Positions 5,901-6,445 of a stretch of 6,445 bases of DNA are shown in pieces. The notes under the pieces were generated by a model, which did not search any database, was not told the origin of the DNA, and saw only the letters and a list, made by a program, of their open reading frames with translations. The translations under genes were made by a program, and so were the position numbers. Origin of the DNA: Paramicrosporidium saccamoebae KSL3 (taxonomy: Eukaryota; Fungi; Cryptomycota); assembly GCA_002794465.1 (NCBI GenBank), contig MTSL01000138.1, positions 1 through 6,445 on the forward strand, read 5' to 3'. Positions within the stretch are counted from its first letter, which is position 1. Every line of letters starts with the position of its first letter.

Positions 5901-6161
5901 AAGCGGAGGAGACGCAGTAGAAATCCCACTTCAGAAGCTGTTGACAATGCCCAGCCTACGGGTCATTTTTTACGATCGCCCAGTGTCAAAGACTCGGTTC
6001 CTCCAAAACCTTCACATGTACGCACATCTCCGCGGAAGAGGCAATCTCCAGATACCGGTACAATTGGAGCGGATGGGATCTCTAAGCCCAGGAAGAAAAA
6101 CAAGGCGGTTCCTGAACAAATGGTACGCAAAGTGCCACTGACTAAAAAGTCGAAAAAATAA
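2922..6161 (+). CDS. ELYS: ELYS/AHCTF1/MEL-28-like nucleoporin (beta-propeller-like N-terminus + ELYS helical domain + basic disordered S/TPxK tail); 1079 aa
   Basis: The first ATG is 2922 (the track start at 2916 is TTG); TAA at 6159-6161. Three collinear matches to human ELYS as remembered: VLVVVTECGLVYALPL (3327-3374) vs VAAVVTDVGQILLVDL in the propeller; YPFKSWQHLRSILD...IVIMYLI...FILHYGIS...QAYVAIDIGDAERAKYLL (4101-4331) vs YPPASLHAVLD...ITIYLL...FPTVFAIS...QGFWLIDHNDYESGLDLL; and QRRRYKQAEEL (4662-4694) vs QRANYVPALKL. The last roughly 400 aa are S/P/K/R/T-rich and low complexity. Confidence 0.72.
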   Translation: MSTRFLVDHLNAPLGAALGHKQELLKSVQLSSDGHFLTVHSSTSPAIVLHTLSSSCLKRRWNFRAARIKAFRPVLLCKESTESAVIIYDGRHFSLWFPERNDIEHLPLKVEENVVDMRVCCFSWCDDDGNQKFVQVLVVVTECGLVYALPLTFGQDSEAVACLRIRLPMSDICHVQFHRDSSDMILMGISNPDTFIMAELPSDCSLNILATIPLETNVINVHVLAKLDSGIYQICRVQKDGWIDSEYHVEEKTFKASRSIHPETADMVWKESSIYHGWNDPILLCRTKGLYVAFNAINGTEVFREPASKTEEIYDLFIDSTLRVFLLSAAGVKCIDSASSSLTWLLSLPRQKEFDFLVAFDIMLPFPFDGVFTNGLPPLLTKLWTLVSNEPLTYPFKSWQHLRSILDTINLSDCDVEIRRIVIMYLISLGQPGRLHPFILHYGISVAEAIEAQAYVAIDIGDAERAKYLLSFVSLTLLLQDDIDGEFLSVPNLDSLSWGQRIDAFLETALELEAVRVAAECTPSARHEILIHLISKASSNADLFKALCTASGFDGACDEMYDFAVNGQLEAINELARILVQRRRYKQAEELLKISSQNYAAEMMEVFDTLCPSYSPSIDLVENISVSPMDCDNSHFDFDCPVVVRKKPATVHASLGTPSTVLISRARPPLSVAHHPKLPSRLVNLVQASDTSPFDTPLRSRLPTDDMELRSRSIPSSPKRSVSPSSRNTKRAVSPSPRNLQGNKRSMSTSPKNARSLGNLKNSKSLGSRSRSRSHSPVREDADKMEKTAHLSSPRRSERISANTPRKTPEMPVEMPVEMPVERPTEVPVEVPTEVPIETPVKSPMKTPAKTPVKSPMKTPAKTPVKSPMKTPAKTPVKSQMKTSTKTPVKSPMKTPAKTPAKTPAKSHTKTPARSPKKTPAKTPVKSPEKAPKETPATTLTKTPVKSPKKSPTKKHPRTPATREKQTPIESPISSPRSSPKLDVAPQNITVRKKRRRRSRNPTSEAVDNAQPTGHFLRSPSVKDSVPPKPSHVRTSPRKRQSPDTGTIGADGISKPRKKNKAVPEQMVRKVPLTKKSKK
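5352..5807 (+). repeat. Coding minisatellite: 38 in-phase 12-bp units (7 acidic xPxE, then 31 mostly S/T-P-x-K), including five 36-bp higher-order units at 5436-5615
   Basis: 456 bp = 38 x 12. The 36-bp unit acacctgtgaaatc(g/a)ccgatgaagacgcccgcaaaa occurs at 5436, 5472 (identical to the first), 5508, 5544 (diverged, TPVKSQMKTSTK) and 5580, encoding TPVKSPMKTPAK. Confidence 0.95.
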
Positions 6162-6162
6162 A
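6157..6162 (+). terminator. Candidate polyadenylation signal AATAAA overlapping the ELYS-like stop codon
   Basis: AAA AAA TAA A: the hexamer at 6157-6162 contains the stop. A variant ATTAAA lies at 6188-6193. Confidence 0.45.
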
Positions 6163-6206
6163 CGGATAAACGGATGTGAGCGAGTATATTAAACCATAAT
6201 CATAAT

Positions 6207-6213
6207 TATAAAT
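6207..6213 (+). promoter_or_regulatory. TATA-like element (TATAAAT) upstream of the probable downstream gene
   Basis: TATAAAT in an AT-rich intergenic patch, 33 bp before ATG 6240. Depends on that ORF being real. Confidence 0.35.
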
Positions 6214-6239
6214 GCGGAGCAGGAATAACGGGCATTACT

Positions 6240-6445
6240 ATGGTTTCTGGACATTTTCCCCAGGGTGGCACTGTTATGGATTCAAATAACAGCCGACACG
6301 ACTCGAGTCGGCCGCCGGTCCGGGACAAGTGGCTCCAGATAATTTTAAACCCCGCCGACGAAGACCGACCCACAAGAGGAACTGTGTCTGATTCAAGCAC
6401 AATCGCCTCGCCCACAGAGTCCAAACTGTCGACAATGTCGACAAT
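6240..6445 (+). CDS. Probable 5'-partial gene of unknown product (MVSGHFPQGGTVMDSNNSRHDSSRPPVRDKWLQIILNPADEDRPTRGTVSDSSTIASPTESKLSTMST...), runs off the window
   Basis: Open with no stop from ATG 6240 (first ATG after TGA 6177) to the window edge, with an alternative ATG at 6276. It is preceded by TATAAAT and by GGG-N7-ATG, and reads like an S/T-rich disordered N-terminus. No family recognised. Confidence 0.45.
   Translation, partial: MVSGHFPQGGTVMDSNNSRHDSSRPPVRDKWLQIILNPADEDRPTRGTVSDSSTIASPTESKLSTMST

Noticed and set aside
6159-6175. 8-bp direct duplication TAAACGGA x2 at the ELYS-like stop as a target-site duplication
   Set aside because: The copies are adjacent with no element, terminal repeats or transposase between them. 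Simple slippage is enough to explain it.
6206-6424. 72-aa minus-strand ORF as a standalone gene
   Set aside because: It starts at TTG, is open to the window edge and has no recognisable motif. More likely the shadow of the plus-strand ORF from 6240, though the 3' end of a convergent gene cannot be excluded.

Overview
Eukaryotic, very gene-dense DNA with no introns needed in any coding region, most likely from a fungus or fungus-related lineage (inference; intergenic gaps are 216, 90 and about 78 bp). It holds three complete genes and probably the start of a fourth. (1) A minus-strand SPT23/MGA2-family ER-membrane-bound transcription factor (90-2336) with the conserved N-terminal motifs, IPT/TIG domain, ankyrin repeats and FWIP transmembrane sensor. 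(2) A small divergent plus-strand gene that matches cytochrome c oxidase assembly factor COX14 (2553/2580-2831). (3) A 1079-aa plus-strand protein (2922-6161) that I read as a full-architecture ELYS/AHCTF1 nucleoporin: beta-rich N-terminus, ELYS helical domain, and a basic disordered tail with 38 in-phase tetrapeptides, 23 of them full CDK consensus sites. (4) A probable 5'-partial plus-strand ORF from 6240 that the ORF track does not list. The strongest leads are the metazoan-like ELYS architecture with an H1/SPKK-like phospho-switch tail, a GGG-N7-ATG motif at all four candidate plus-strand starts, and AATAAA fused to two stop codons. All family assignments come from remembered motifs, not database searches. 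There is no sign of mobile elements, CRISPR arrays or RNA genes.
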